Shown: in pieces, positions 52,911 through 60,728 of the stretch
Layout: the number at the start of each line of letters is the position of its first letter
Position numbering within the stretch: the first letter of the stretch is position 1
Source: Alphaproteobacteria bacterium
GTDB lineage: Bacteria; Pseudomonadota; Alphaproteobacteria; CAAHEQ01; UBA3637
DNA length: 60,728 bases
NCBI GenBank assembly: GCA_045536135.1
Contig: JAZSNA010000025.1
Coordinates: forward strand, 1-60,728
Reading direction: 5' to 3'
Notes under the pieces: generated by a model
Databases searched by the model: none
Told to the model about the DNA's origin: nothing
Seen by the model: the letters and a program-made list of their open reading frames with translations, nothing else
Program-made: the position numbers and the translations under genes

Positions 52911-53780
52911 ATGTCTGATGAAAATAAGAATTTAGATCAAGAATTTCTTTTAAAAAAATATAAACCGCTTCCCAAAAAAATAGCAAAATTATTTATTTTG
53001 GTGTGGGTGATTTTTATTGTTTTGCCGGTTTTGTATGTCAGTCTTTTTTATGCGTCCTCCTTAAAAGAATTCGCCGTTATAAAGGGTGTGTCGTTGATTA
53101 ATCATACCGTCACGGATCAATATTATTCTTTAACGAATAATCTGCTTGAAAAAATTGACATCAATAAATATACCTCTCAAATTAAAGTGCCGACCATTCG
53201 TTTGGATGTTGACGAACAAAAAGTTGAAAAAGTTCAAAAAATATCTTCTGGATTGGCTAAATTAGGGCTTAAACAGGCTCAAACTGTTTCAAACGGCGTG
53301 GATGAGTTAAGTGAAAAGATTAACCGGATTAATAATGAATTAAGTCAAAATATAACCGCACTTCAAAAAGGATTAGCTCAAGATTGGGAAAAAACAATAA
53401 AGAATGAAATTACATCCGTTGCGGATAGCCAAATTCAAAAACAATTAGGCTTGGGGGCAATTTCTTACAGCTACTTCGTTGATGGCGATTATGGGGTGTT
53501 TTCTAAAAATGCCCGTCAGAAAACAAATATGATTTATTCGGATTTATTGAAGTCGCCGATAGACGGGATACAAAAAACCTTATTGGGTTTAGATAAATAT
53601 TTTTATATTTTTAAATGGGTAGTGATTTTGTTGGCAGTTGTTTTGTTAGTCATTCCGCCGTTTATTGTATGGAAAATTGCTCAAAAATTATCATCAACAT
53701 TCTGTCAATGCCCGTATTGTCATAAGATTTTTTTAACCAAACAGGCACGCTTGAATATTTTAAAATTATTTCAAAAATAA
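52911..53780 (+). CDS. membrane protein with coiled-coil region, unknown function
   Basis: TM helices near both ends; C-terminal CQCPYCHK motif. Confidence 0.5.
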   Translation: MSDENKNLDQEFLLKKYKPLPKKIAKLFILVWVIFIVLPVLYVSLFYASSLKEFAVIKGVSLINHTVTDQYYSLTNNLLEKIDINKYTSQIKVPTIRLDVDEQKVEKVQKISSGLAKLGLKQAQTVSNGVDELSEKINRINNELSQNITALQKGLAQDWEKTIKNEITSVADSQIQKQLGLGAISYSYFVDGDYGVFSKNARQKTNMIYSDLLKSPIDGIQKTLLGLDKYFYIFKWVVILLAVVLLVIPPFIVWKIAQKLSSTFCQCPYCHKIFLTKQARLNILKLFQK

Positions 53781-53792
53781 CAAAGGATAAAA

Positions 53793-54353
53793 ATGAAAAA
53801 AAGTATTTCAAAAGATTTAATCATGGCACCGATGCCGGTTTTAATTATCGGCACCTATGACGAAAAAGGTATCCCGAATGCAATGAATGCGGCTTGGGGC
53901 GGACAAAGCGACTTTGATGAAGTGACCGTTTATTTGGGACAGCACAAAACGACTGAAAACTTAAAAACCAAAAAGGCCTTTACGATTGCATTTGCAACCA
54001 AGGAAACTTTGATTGTATCGGATTACTTTGGCATTGAAAGCGGGCATCAGGTAAATAAAATTGAAAAAGCCGGATATCATGTCAGTAAAAGCCCCAATAT
54101 AGATGCACCGATTATAGAAGAATATCCGCTTGTATTGGAATGTGAAGTATCTGAATTGACCGAATATGCCGGCGATTGGCGGTTGAGTGGTAAAGTTGTT
54201 AATGTCTTGGCTGATGAAAATATAGTTGACAAAGATGGCAAGGTTGATTTATCCAGATTGAATTTAATTTGTTTCGACGCGTCTCATCACACCTATCGAG
54301 TTGTCGGCGAAGTTGTCGGAAAAGCCTTTGATGAAGGGAAAAAAATAAAATAA
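53793..54353 (+). CDS. flavin reductase-like (FMN-binding split-barrel) protein
   Basis: APMPVLIIGTYDEKGIPNAMNAAWGG pattern. Confidence 0.75.
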   Translation: MKKSISKDLIMAPMPVLIIGTYDEKGIPNAMNAAWGGQSDFDEVTVYLGQHKTTENLKTKKAFTIAFATKETLIVSDYFGIESGHQVNKIEKAGYHVSKSPNIDAPIIEEYPLVLECEVSELTEYAGDWRLSGKVVNVLADENIVDKDGKVDLSRLNLICFDASHHTYRVVGEVVGKAFDEGKKIK

Positions 54354-54365
54354 TCTAACTGAAAT

Positions 54366-54396
54366 AAAAACGGGGGTGAATCACCCCCGTTTTTTT
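54366..54396. terminator. bidirectional terminator (inverted copy of 49262..49291)
   Basis: The same GGGGG/CCCCC hairpin, between convergent genes. Confidence 0.7.
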
Positions 54397-54414
54397 ATTG
54401 ATAGGTCGGAATAG

Positions 54415-55608
54415 TTATAGACAACTCCCAACATCATCATCAAAGCAACACTCAGAAAGCTCATCCCACCATCCTTCATCACAAATCACAATGTCTGTTC
54501 CATCGCAAGTGGCATCAGCCGGACAAGGTTGACAGTTCCTCCATGAAACATTTAAATATTTACTGGTATCCGAACAAATCACAGTGATTCCATTGCAAGT
54601 GGCATCCGATGGGCAAGGATAGCATTCGTCGTCAAAATACGAAAAATATTCTGTTTTATCACAGCAAGAAGAATTCCCTTTACCCCCTTGATTTAGGATA
54701 TATCCATCATCACAAATCACATTCGCCGTTCCATCACAAGTCGCATCCGATGGACAAGAATCACAACTCGAACCACTAAAAAACTGATCGGTGCTTCCAC
54801 AATCGGTTATTTTCGTTCCATCACAAGTCGCGCCCGATGGACAAGAACGACAGCTCCCACCATAAAAATACTTACTGGTATCAGAACAATTCACATTCGC
54901 CGTTCCATCACAAGTCGCATCCGATGGACAAGGATAACAACTCGAACCACTAGAATACTGATCGGTGCTTCCACAATCGGTTATTTTCGTTCCATCACAA
55001 GTCGCATCCGATGGACAAGAAAAACATGAGGCAGATCCAAAATATTTATTAGAACCACAATTCACATTCGCTCCATCACAAGTCGCATCCGATGGACAAG
55101 GATAACATCTAGCATATTTAAAATATTCATCAGAATCACAAGGTACTGGTTTTTCGATCTTTCCCCCCTCGATTGGTGGGTATGGGAATGTGATATAGAC
55201 TGCATTGGCATCTTCACATGAATTGGCGGGATTATCACCATTATATGGTTGGATCTCCGCCATAAAAGCGGTTTTATTGGAACGCAAGGTTTCACAAACT
55301 TCCGGTGTAATACCATCCACAGCAATATAAAATCCGTTTTTTTCTTCCCCTCCCAGTCGAGCATAACCGATATCAAATTCCGATTTAACCCCCAAATCGG
55401 ATACAGGAGCTTCTTCATCAACCGGTAAAGACATATATTCCCGAGTGGCGATTTCATTCATCGCTAAATTCACATCGTATAAAATATTATTTGTCCGATT
55501 CTTGGTCATGGCGATTTTATATCCCGTTAATGCCGTCACCGACAAAACACCGATAATCGCCAGTGTTCCCAGCATTTCAACCATACTGCGTCCAAATTCT
55601 TTTTTCAT
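54415..55608 (-). CDS. prepilin-like N-domain protein with furin/VSP-like Cys-repeat C-terminal array (longest paralog)
   Basis: MKKEFGRSMVEMLGTLAIIGVLSV. The N-domain DNA is about 95 percent identical (by eye) to 48349..; about 7 CxxCP-x-DATCDG units; tail CDEGWWDELSECCFDDD. Confidence 0.8.
   Translation of the reverse strand: MKKEFGRSMVEMLGTLAIIGVLSVTALTGYKIAMTKNRTNNILYDVNLAMNEIATREYMSLPVDEEAPVSDLGVKSEFDIGYARLGGEEKNGFYIAVDGITPEVCETLRSNKTAFMAEIQPYNGDNPANSCEDANAVYITFPYPPIEGGKIEKPVPCDSDEYFKYARCYPCPSDATCDGANVNCGSNKYFGSASCFSCPSDATCDGTKITDCGSTDQYSSGSSCYPCPSDATCDGTANVNCSDTSKYFYGGSCRSCPSGATCDGTKITDCGSTDQFFSGSSCDSCPSDATCDGTANVICDDGYILNQGGKGNSSCCDKTEYFSYFDDECYPCPSDATCNGITVICSDTSKYLNVSWRNCQPCPADATCDGTDIVICDEGWWDELSECCFDDDVGSCL
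54717..55064. repeat. 174-nt (58-codon) tandem duplication inside the Cys-repeat array
   Basis: 54717-54845 versus 54891-55019 differ at about 6 positions by my count. Confidence 0.75.
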
Positions 55609-55655
55609 TTTTATACTCCCTTGTTATTATTAATTTTTACCAATAAAAACAGTAT

Positions 55656-55783
55656 AAAAAAAACCTTGGTTTTTTGCAAGCATTTTTTTTACAATTTAAA
55701 TATTTTTTTTCTTTTTTTTTCAAAAAACTTATTTTTTCATTTTTCGCCTTTTTGAATATCAAAAAAAACCAAGGTTTTTTTTT
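55656..55783. promoter_or_regulatory. candidate invertible promoter element (locus 2), flipped relative to its gene compared with locus 1
   Basis: 55656-55675 AAAAAAAACCTTGGTTTTTT and 55761-55783 AAAAAAAACCAAGGTTTTTTTTT. The 85-bp core is colinear with locus 1 on the + strand although the gene is on the - strand. TTGCAA-N16-TTAAAT (55674-55701) points away from the gene. Confidence 0.6.
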
Positions 55784-55814
55784 GCACTTTTTGAATAGTG
55801 TTTTTTCAATATTC

Positions 55815-57557
55815 TTATCTTCGTTTCCAAAACCGACGAAATGTTTTTTGAGATTTATTCGGATCCAAATCAAGACCGATTTCTTCTATTTTACCGGCAA
55901 CGATTTTCCGCACAATCAATTCCACATGATCCAAGGCAAACCGATCGCCGACTTCCAAATTGGAAAAGTTTTTTTCCAATAATTTTCCCAAGGTTTCTTT
56001 TTCCATCTTTTTTTCAACTTTAATACCGTATAAAAAAGATAAATCAATTAATTTTGTTTCGGGTCTTAGAACAAAATCACCCAATTCGGACGGGCGTATC
56101 AACACCGTTCCGGCACTGAACAAGTGATCCAAAACCTCAACTGTTTTTTCAGAATTTGAAAAAACATAAACCTGATCTTTTTCTTGAAATTCCTTGATAT
56201 TAGCCCCATTAAAAGAAACACCGTTCCGTTTAACCAATATCGGCCATGCCCACTTGGGGATTTTTTCGCCCTTTAAAACTGGACTGTCTGCTTTTAAAAT
56301 ATAGGTAATTAAAGAACTATCCTCTAACCCCGGCAAATCAATTTCCACCTTATCCGCCGGTTTTTCATAAATAGGCAAGATAACCTTACAAATTTTCGAA
56401 AACGGAATAATATAAAAACCCTGTACAGCCAAAGATAACAAGACCATCAAGAAAATTAAATTAAAAATAAGTTCACTTTTATCCAATTGCATCGCCAGCG
56501 GAGCCAACGCCAACAAAATAGATGTTGCACCACGCAATCCGACAAAGGAAATAAAAGCCTTTTCCTTAAAAGTATATTTAAACGGAGCCAAACATAAAAA
56601 TATAGCGAGCGGGCGGGCAATAAAGATTAAAGATGTTCCCAAAACCAATGCCGGTGTGACCAATTGAGAAAAATGTCTGAAATTCGCGAATAGTCCCAAG
56701 GATAAAAAGATAATAATTTGACACATCCAAGCCAATGTTTTTTGAAATCTTAAAATTTGATAATAACCCTTTATTTTGGAATTACCCAAAAGCAATCCAG
56801 CAACATATAAGGCCAAGAAACCCGAACCGCCGAAAATATTCGTCATTGAAAACCCGATTAAAACCATAGCAATTAAAAAAACGGGATACAAGGCGATATC
56901 CAAATTAACACGGTTAATGACTCGATGAACAACCACCGACATTCCCAAACCGGCTAATAATCCGATGCCCATTTGTTGAATAAAAGTCAACCCGATATAT
57001 CCGCCCAAGGACATTGTCGGATTTATTAAAAAGCCCAAACAGGAAAAAGTCAAAAAAATCGCCATCGGATCATTTGTTCCGGATTCAACTTCCAATGTGG
57101 ATTTGATTTTATCACGAACGCTGACGCCACCCATCCGAAGTAAAAAGAAAACCGCCGCCGAATCGGTCGAAGATATAATCGATGCCAATAAAAAGGACTG
57201 AACAAAACTGAAATCCAAAAAATAATAAGCGATTGGTGCAAAAAATAAAGTTGTTAAAAATACACCGACCGTTGACAGCAACAACGATGGCACAACATTT
57301 TGCCGATAACTTTTTAACGAAGTTTGAAAACCGTTATCAAATAAAATCAATGCCAACGCCACAGACCCAATAAAAAAAGCAATTTTAGGTTGATGAAACC
57401 CCGTCACCAAAGACAATCCGCCCTCGCCAATCAACAATCCGATACATAAGAAAACCAAAATAAGCGGGATATTCGCCTTTGATGAAACCAATGAAGTTAA
57501 GACACTAACCACCAACAATATCGATATTAAAAAAATCGGGAAATTAATAAAATCCAT
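55815..57557 (-). CDS. K+/H+ antiporter (CPA1, NhaP2/CvrA-like) with C-terminal TrkA-C domain
   Basis: Multi-TM Na_H exchanger core (SSTDSAAVF, ESGTNDP) plus a soluble C-terminal domain. Confidence 0.8.
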   Translation of the reverse strand: MDFINFPIFLISILLVVSVLTSLVSSKANIPLILVFLCIGLLIGEGGLSLVTGFHQPKIAFFIGSVALALILFDNGFQTSLKSYRQNVVPSLLLSTVGVFLTTLFFAPIAYYFLDFSFVQSFLLASIISSTDSAAVFFLLRMGGVSVRDKIKSTLEVESGTNDPMAIFLTFSCLGFLINPTMSLGGYIGLTFIQQMGIGLLAGLGMSVVVHRVINRVNLDIALYPVFLIAMVLIGFSMTNIFGGSGFLALYVAGLLLGNSKIKGYYQILRFQKTLAWMCQIIIFLSLGLFANFRHFSQLVTPALVLGTSLIFIARPLAIFLCLAPFKYTFKEKAFISFVGLRGATSILLALAPLAMQLDKSELIFNLIFLMVLLSLAVQGFYIIPFSKICKVILPIYEKPADKVEIDLPGLEDSSLITYILKADSPVLKGEKIPKWAWPILVKRNGVSFNGANIKEFQEKDQVYVFSNSEKTVEVLDHLFSAGTVLIRPSELGDFVLRPETKLIDLSFLYGIKVEKKMEKETLGKLLEKNFSNLEVGDRFALDHVELIVRKIVAGKIEEIGLDLDPNKSQKTFRRFWKRR

Positions 57558-58454
57558 TTAAATCTTACCCTTTTTTAAATCTTTTAATTTTTGACTGATA
57601 ACACCGGTATCCGAAGCATTGTGTTCCAGCCTTAAATACATACGTCCCGTTTCCTTTTCCAAATAAGCTTTTTTAATATCTTCTTGACATTCCGGCAATT
57701 TTTTTAAACAAAAAATTTCACTAACACTCATTCCTTGTTTATATTTTTTAACAAAAAAAGGCAATTCAAAAATCATGTCTTCAACAATTTTTTGAACATT
57801 TTTTCTTTTTTTGGAAAAATATTCCGTCAACATTTCCAATGCCACACCGACTTCCAAAGAATCATCCACCACAATAAAGGGAACGGGATTGGCAAAGCCC
57901 AACAAATGTATCTGTTTTAAAAATTCCAAAATATGATAATAAAAACCATCGACATTATAAATAATAAAAGGTTTTTTACTCAACATACCGTCTTGCATAG
58001 CCACACAATCATAGACCAGTTCATCCAATGTGCCGATTCCACCCGGAGCAAATAAAACAAAATCGGCATTCAATAATTTATTTTTTCTCTCTTCCAAAGT
58101 TTTGGCGACCACGACTTGTGTAATTTGCCGCACTAAATCATCTTTTTCGCAAAAAGCCAAATAAGTTGAAGTTGTAATGCCTTGAATCGGGACCTCATTT
58201 TTTTTAACGGAGCCAAACAGAACACCTTTGGCAACAGCCCCCATAATACCCTTTCCAGACAATCCGAAATCCAACTTTAATCCCAGCGAACCGATTTTAA
58301 CACCCAACTCATAACATGCCTTTTCATAAACAGGATTATTCCCGCAACGGGATCCACCTGCGACAAAAACATGTAATCCGCCTTTTTCATTTTGTTTTTT
58401 AAAGGCTTTCACAATCTTTTTTTTAGGTTCCTTTGTTTTTGAAAATATCCACAT
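57558..58454 (-). CDS. LOG/TIGR00730-family protein with C-terminal extension
   Basis: PGGIGTLDEL motif and a GGSRCG-type N-terminal motif; 298 aa, about 80-100 aa longer than a typical LOG protein. Confidence 0.7.
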   Translation of the reverse strand: MWIFSKTKEPKKKIVKAFKKQNEKGGLHVFVAGGSRCGNNPVYEKACYELGVKIGSLGLKLDFGLSGKGIMGAVAKGVLFGSVKKNEVPIQGITTSTYLAFCEKDDLVRQITQVVVAKTLEERKNKLLNADFVLFAPGGIGTLDELVYDCVAMQDGMLSKKPFIIYNVDGFYYHILEFLKQIHLLGFANPVPFIVVDDSLEVGVALEMLTEYFSKKRKNVQKIVEDMIFELPFFVKKYKQGMSVSEIFCLKKLPECQEDIKKAYLEKETGRMYLRLEHNASDTGVISQKLKDLKKGKI

Positions 58455-58455
58455 T

Positions 58456-58893
58456 TTAATAACTCATTTTAGGTGGCAAATTGCGAATACGTATCAAATA
58501 CGGTTTTAAAATCTTATCCCGAGACAATATATGTCCCAAGAACCAAATATTTAAGAAGTTAGCTAATTTAATTGAAATTTTCCGACGCATATCTTCATCC
58601 ACCGCCACATCATAATTTTGTCTCATTTCCGCCACATTTTGGATAAAGACCTGATGAGCCTTCATATGCTCGGTTGAATCCGGAAAATTAATTCTTTCCA
58701 TGATTCGTTCTTCATGCGAAAAATGATTTCTGGCATAATCATAACACTTTTCAAAAATTGCTTCTATGGTTTCAAAATCATCTTTTTGAGAAGCAATAAA
58801 TGCCCGATTGATAACCATCATAAACGCTTTATGTTCATCATCCAACGGCGGATAAGATAAAGACATTGATTCACGCCACACTGCTAACGCCAT
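58456..58893 (-). CDS. hemerythrin-like metal-binding protein
   Basis: W...LDDEHK...HFSHEE...H...WFLGHILSRDK His/Glu ligand pattern. Confidence 0.8.
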   Translation of the reverse strand: MALAVWRESMSLSYPPLDDEHKAFMMVINRAFIASQKDDFETIEAIFEKCYDYARNHFSHEERIMERINFPDSTEHMKAHQVFIQNVAEMRQNYDVAVDEDMRRKISIKLANFLNIWFLGHILSRDKILKPYLIRIRNLPPKMSY

Positions 58894-58897
58894 TTTT

Positions 58898-60316
58898 TCA
58901 CCTCACTACTGATATATGAATATTATTTGTCCGTCCGGTTAAAGAAAAAGGCATACCGGCGATGATGATAATTTCATCACCTTTTTGAGCCATATTTCCC
59001 TTTAAAACTTGTTTATTGGCAATCCGTCCGACCTCAGCAAAAGACTTGATAGACGGCACCAAAACGGATTGTACGCCCCAAACCAAAGTACACCGACGAA
59101 CAATATTGATATTTTTTGTTAAATTTAAAATCGGCAACAAAGCCCGCTCTTTGGCCACACATAAAGTTGTCCGTCCGGACAAGGAATAAGTGACTATCGT
59201 TTTTGCATTTTTCAAAACATCGGCTAAATGCGGAATAGAAGAAGTAATGGCCGTTGTCATATCATGATCGATAGGCGGATTAAAAATTTTAATTATCTTT
59301 TTATAAAAAGGATCATGTTCGGTTGCATAAATAATCCGATCCATCATTTGCACTGCCTCGACCGGATAACTTCCGGCGGCAGTTTCAGCCGATAACATCA
59401 CACAATCCGCCCCCTCATATACCGCCGTTGCGACATCTGAAACCTCGGCCCGTGTCGGCAAGGGGGCATTAATCATACTTTCCAACATCTGTGTTGCAAC
59501 AATGACCGGTTTTCCAGCTTTTCGACACTTTAAAATAATTTGTTTCTGTAAAAACGGCAATTTTTCCAAAGAGCTTTCAACCCCCAAATCGCCCCGAGCC
59601 ACCATAATAGCATCCGTTGCATCAATAATCGCATCAATATTATTTACTGCTGTCGGCTTTTCAATTTTAACAATAATCCATGCCTTATCTTTGATATACT
59701 TTTTAGCCGCCAAAACATCTTCTTTGGATTGAACGAATGACAACGCAATCCAATCCACCCCCATTTTCAATGCGGCTTTTAAATCGGAAATATCTTTTTG
59801 TGTCAATGCGGATATGGGCAAATGAACATCCGGCACATTTACCCCTTTATGATCGGAAAGAACACCACCGGTTTGCACGATTGTCTTGGCCTTTGTTTTG
59901 GAATGAGATACAACTTTCAACCTAATTTTTCCGTCATTAAGCAACAACTCCATATCTTTTTTCAAGACATCAAAAATTTCTTTATGAGGCAAACAAACCC
60001 GATGAACATTTCCCTTTTTCTCATTCATATCTAAGATAAATTCCTGTCCTTCGGTTAATTCGACGGACGTTTCTTGGAATTGACCGATTCTTAATTTCGG
60101 TCCCTGCAAATCAGCAATAATTCCAATCGGTTTTTTTAATTCTTTTTCGACCTGTCGGATATATTTAACCTCTTCAGAATGAGACTTGATTGTTCCATGA
60201 CTGAAATTAAGACGAAATACATCGGCTCCGGCCAAAACCAAATCCTTTATTTTGTCTTTTGTTTGACAAGACGGGCCGATTGTTGCGATAATTTTTGTTG
60301 CATTATTTGTCATCAT
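58898..60316 (-). CDS. pyk: pyruvate kinase
   Basis: KIIATIGPS, FRLNFSHG, MVARGDLGVE motifs. Confidence 0.95.
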   Translation of the reverse strand: MMTNNATKIIATIGPSCQTKDKIKDLVLAGADVFRLNFSHGTIKSHSEEVKYIRQVEKELKKPIGIIADLQGPKLRIGQFQETSVELTEGQEFILDMNEKKGNVHRVCLPHKEIFDVLKKDMELLLNDGKIRLKVVSHSKTKAKTIVQTGGVLSDHKGVNVPDVHLPISALTQKDISDLKAALKMGVDWIALSFVQSKEDVLAAKKYIKDKAWIIVKIEKPTAVNNIDAIIDATDAIMVARGDLGVESSLEKLPFLQKQIILKCRKAGKPVIVATQMLESMINAPLPTRAEVSDVATAVYEGADCVMLSAETAAGSYPVEAVQMMDRIIYATEHDPFYKKIIKIFNPPIDHDMTTAITSSIPHLADVLKNAKTIVTYSLSGRTTLCVAKERALLPILNLTKNINIVRRCTLVWGVQSVLVPSIKSFAEVGRIANKQVLKGNMAQKGDEIIIIAGMPFSLTGRTNNIHISVVR

Positions 60317-60728
60317 TTCAATCCTATTTCTATTTGACCAATCATTTCTTCATTCTTTGCCAAAGAACGAATTCCTGTTCCGACAACCCCCTTGGACGCA
60401 AAATTAAATCCATCATTTGTCATGGTTATCGGTTCAATACAGATAAAATCTTTTTGGGGTTCATGGAATAAAACCATATGCCCGAATTGTTTATCTGCTT
60501 TTATTTGTATTGTATCATTTTTTTGAATTAAATCAATTGTATTTTCATTCAACGAAAAACACGTATCCCACTTTTGCCAATCAATATCCGCTCCCGCCTT
60601 AAAATTCCAATCCTTCGGTATCGGGTACGGACGATCAATCGGACTACAAAGGTGCGACCATACACCTTTTCCGTCAAAGGCAATTTTGTTTTGATCCGAC
60701 TTTATAAAAAACGGATGAATACCCATAC
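60313..60728 (-). CDS. aldose 1-epimerase-family protein, 5' end outside window
   Basis: GIHPFF and ICIEP motifs typical of the mutarotase C-terminal half. The frame is open to the window edge. Confidence 0.6.
   Translation of the reverse strand, partial: MGIHPFFIKSDQNKIAFDGKGVWSHLCSPIDRPYPIPKDWNFKAGADIDWQKWDTCFSLNENTIDLIQKNDTIQIKADKQFGHMVLFHEPQKDFICIEPITMTNDGFNFASKGVVGTGIRSLAKNEEMIGQIEIGLK

Noticed and set aside
54415-55608. Periodic DNA repeats in the Cys-rich genes as a CRISPR array or non-coding satellite
   Set aside because: The repeats are in frame within long ORFs that have conserved Cys spacing. There are no spacer-like unique segments of uniform length and no cas genes.
55637-55982. 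ORFs 55637..55873(-) and 55674..55982(+) across the locus 2 element
   Set aside because: These K/F-rich translations of homopolymer tracts lie within the regulatory element and overlap the 3' end of the antiporter gene. They have no RBS and no homolog at locus 1.

Overview
AT-rich, densely coding bacterial chromosome segment with about 75 protein genes and 2 tRNAs. I found no rRNA, CRISPR, transposase, integrase or recombinase gene. Gene content and synteny point to an alphaproteobacterium, plausibly host-associated (inference): Tim44-like + secB + mltA + smr, an ELM1-like gene, DUF2155 + tandem mlaD, carD/cdnL, and an SH3/DUF1058-like gene. Housekeeping genes include ftsK, obg-rsfS, pyrG, yajC-secD-secF, parC, waaA-lpxK-lpxL, rpmF-plsX, rpmI-rplT, map, radC, groES-groEL and pyk. 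Accessory content includes a complete N-type (atpDCQRBEFAG order) ATPase operon, a mazEF-like toxin-antitoxin pair, a small K+ channel and a K+/H+ antiporter. The stand-out is a paralogous family with 3 long members (one cut by the window edge) plus one short relative. Each has a prepilin-like N-terminus (G-RSxVE followed by a hydrophobic helix). The three long members also carry variable arrays of furin/VSP-like Cys repeats (CxxCP-x-DATCDG). The two complete long copies are convergent, sit in inverted orientation and bracket groESL. Each is preceded by a ~127-bp segment flanked by perfect 20-bp hix-like inverted repeats (A8-CC-WW-GG-T6/8). The internal 85 bp carries a sigma70-like promoter and lies in opposite orientation relative to the gene at the two loci, with junctions exactly at the CC-WW-GG cores. 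I read this as a candidate invertible-promoter (phase or antigenic variation) system whose recombinase is not in the window. All calls come from reading the sequence and ORF translations by eye; no database search was run.
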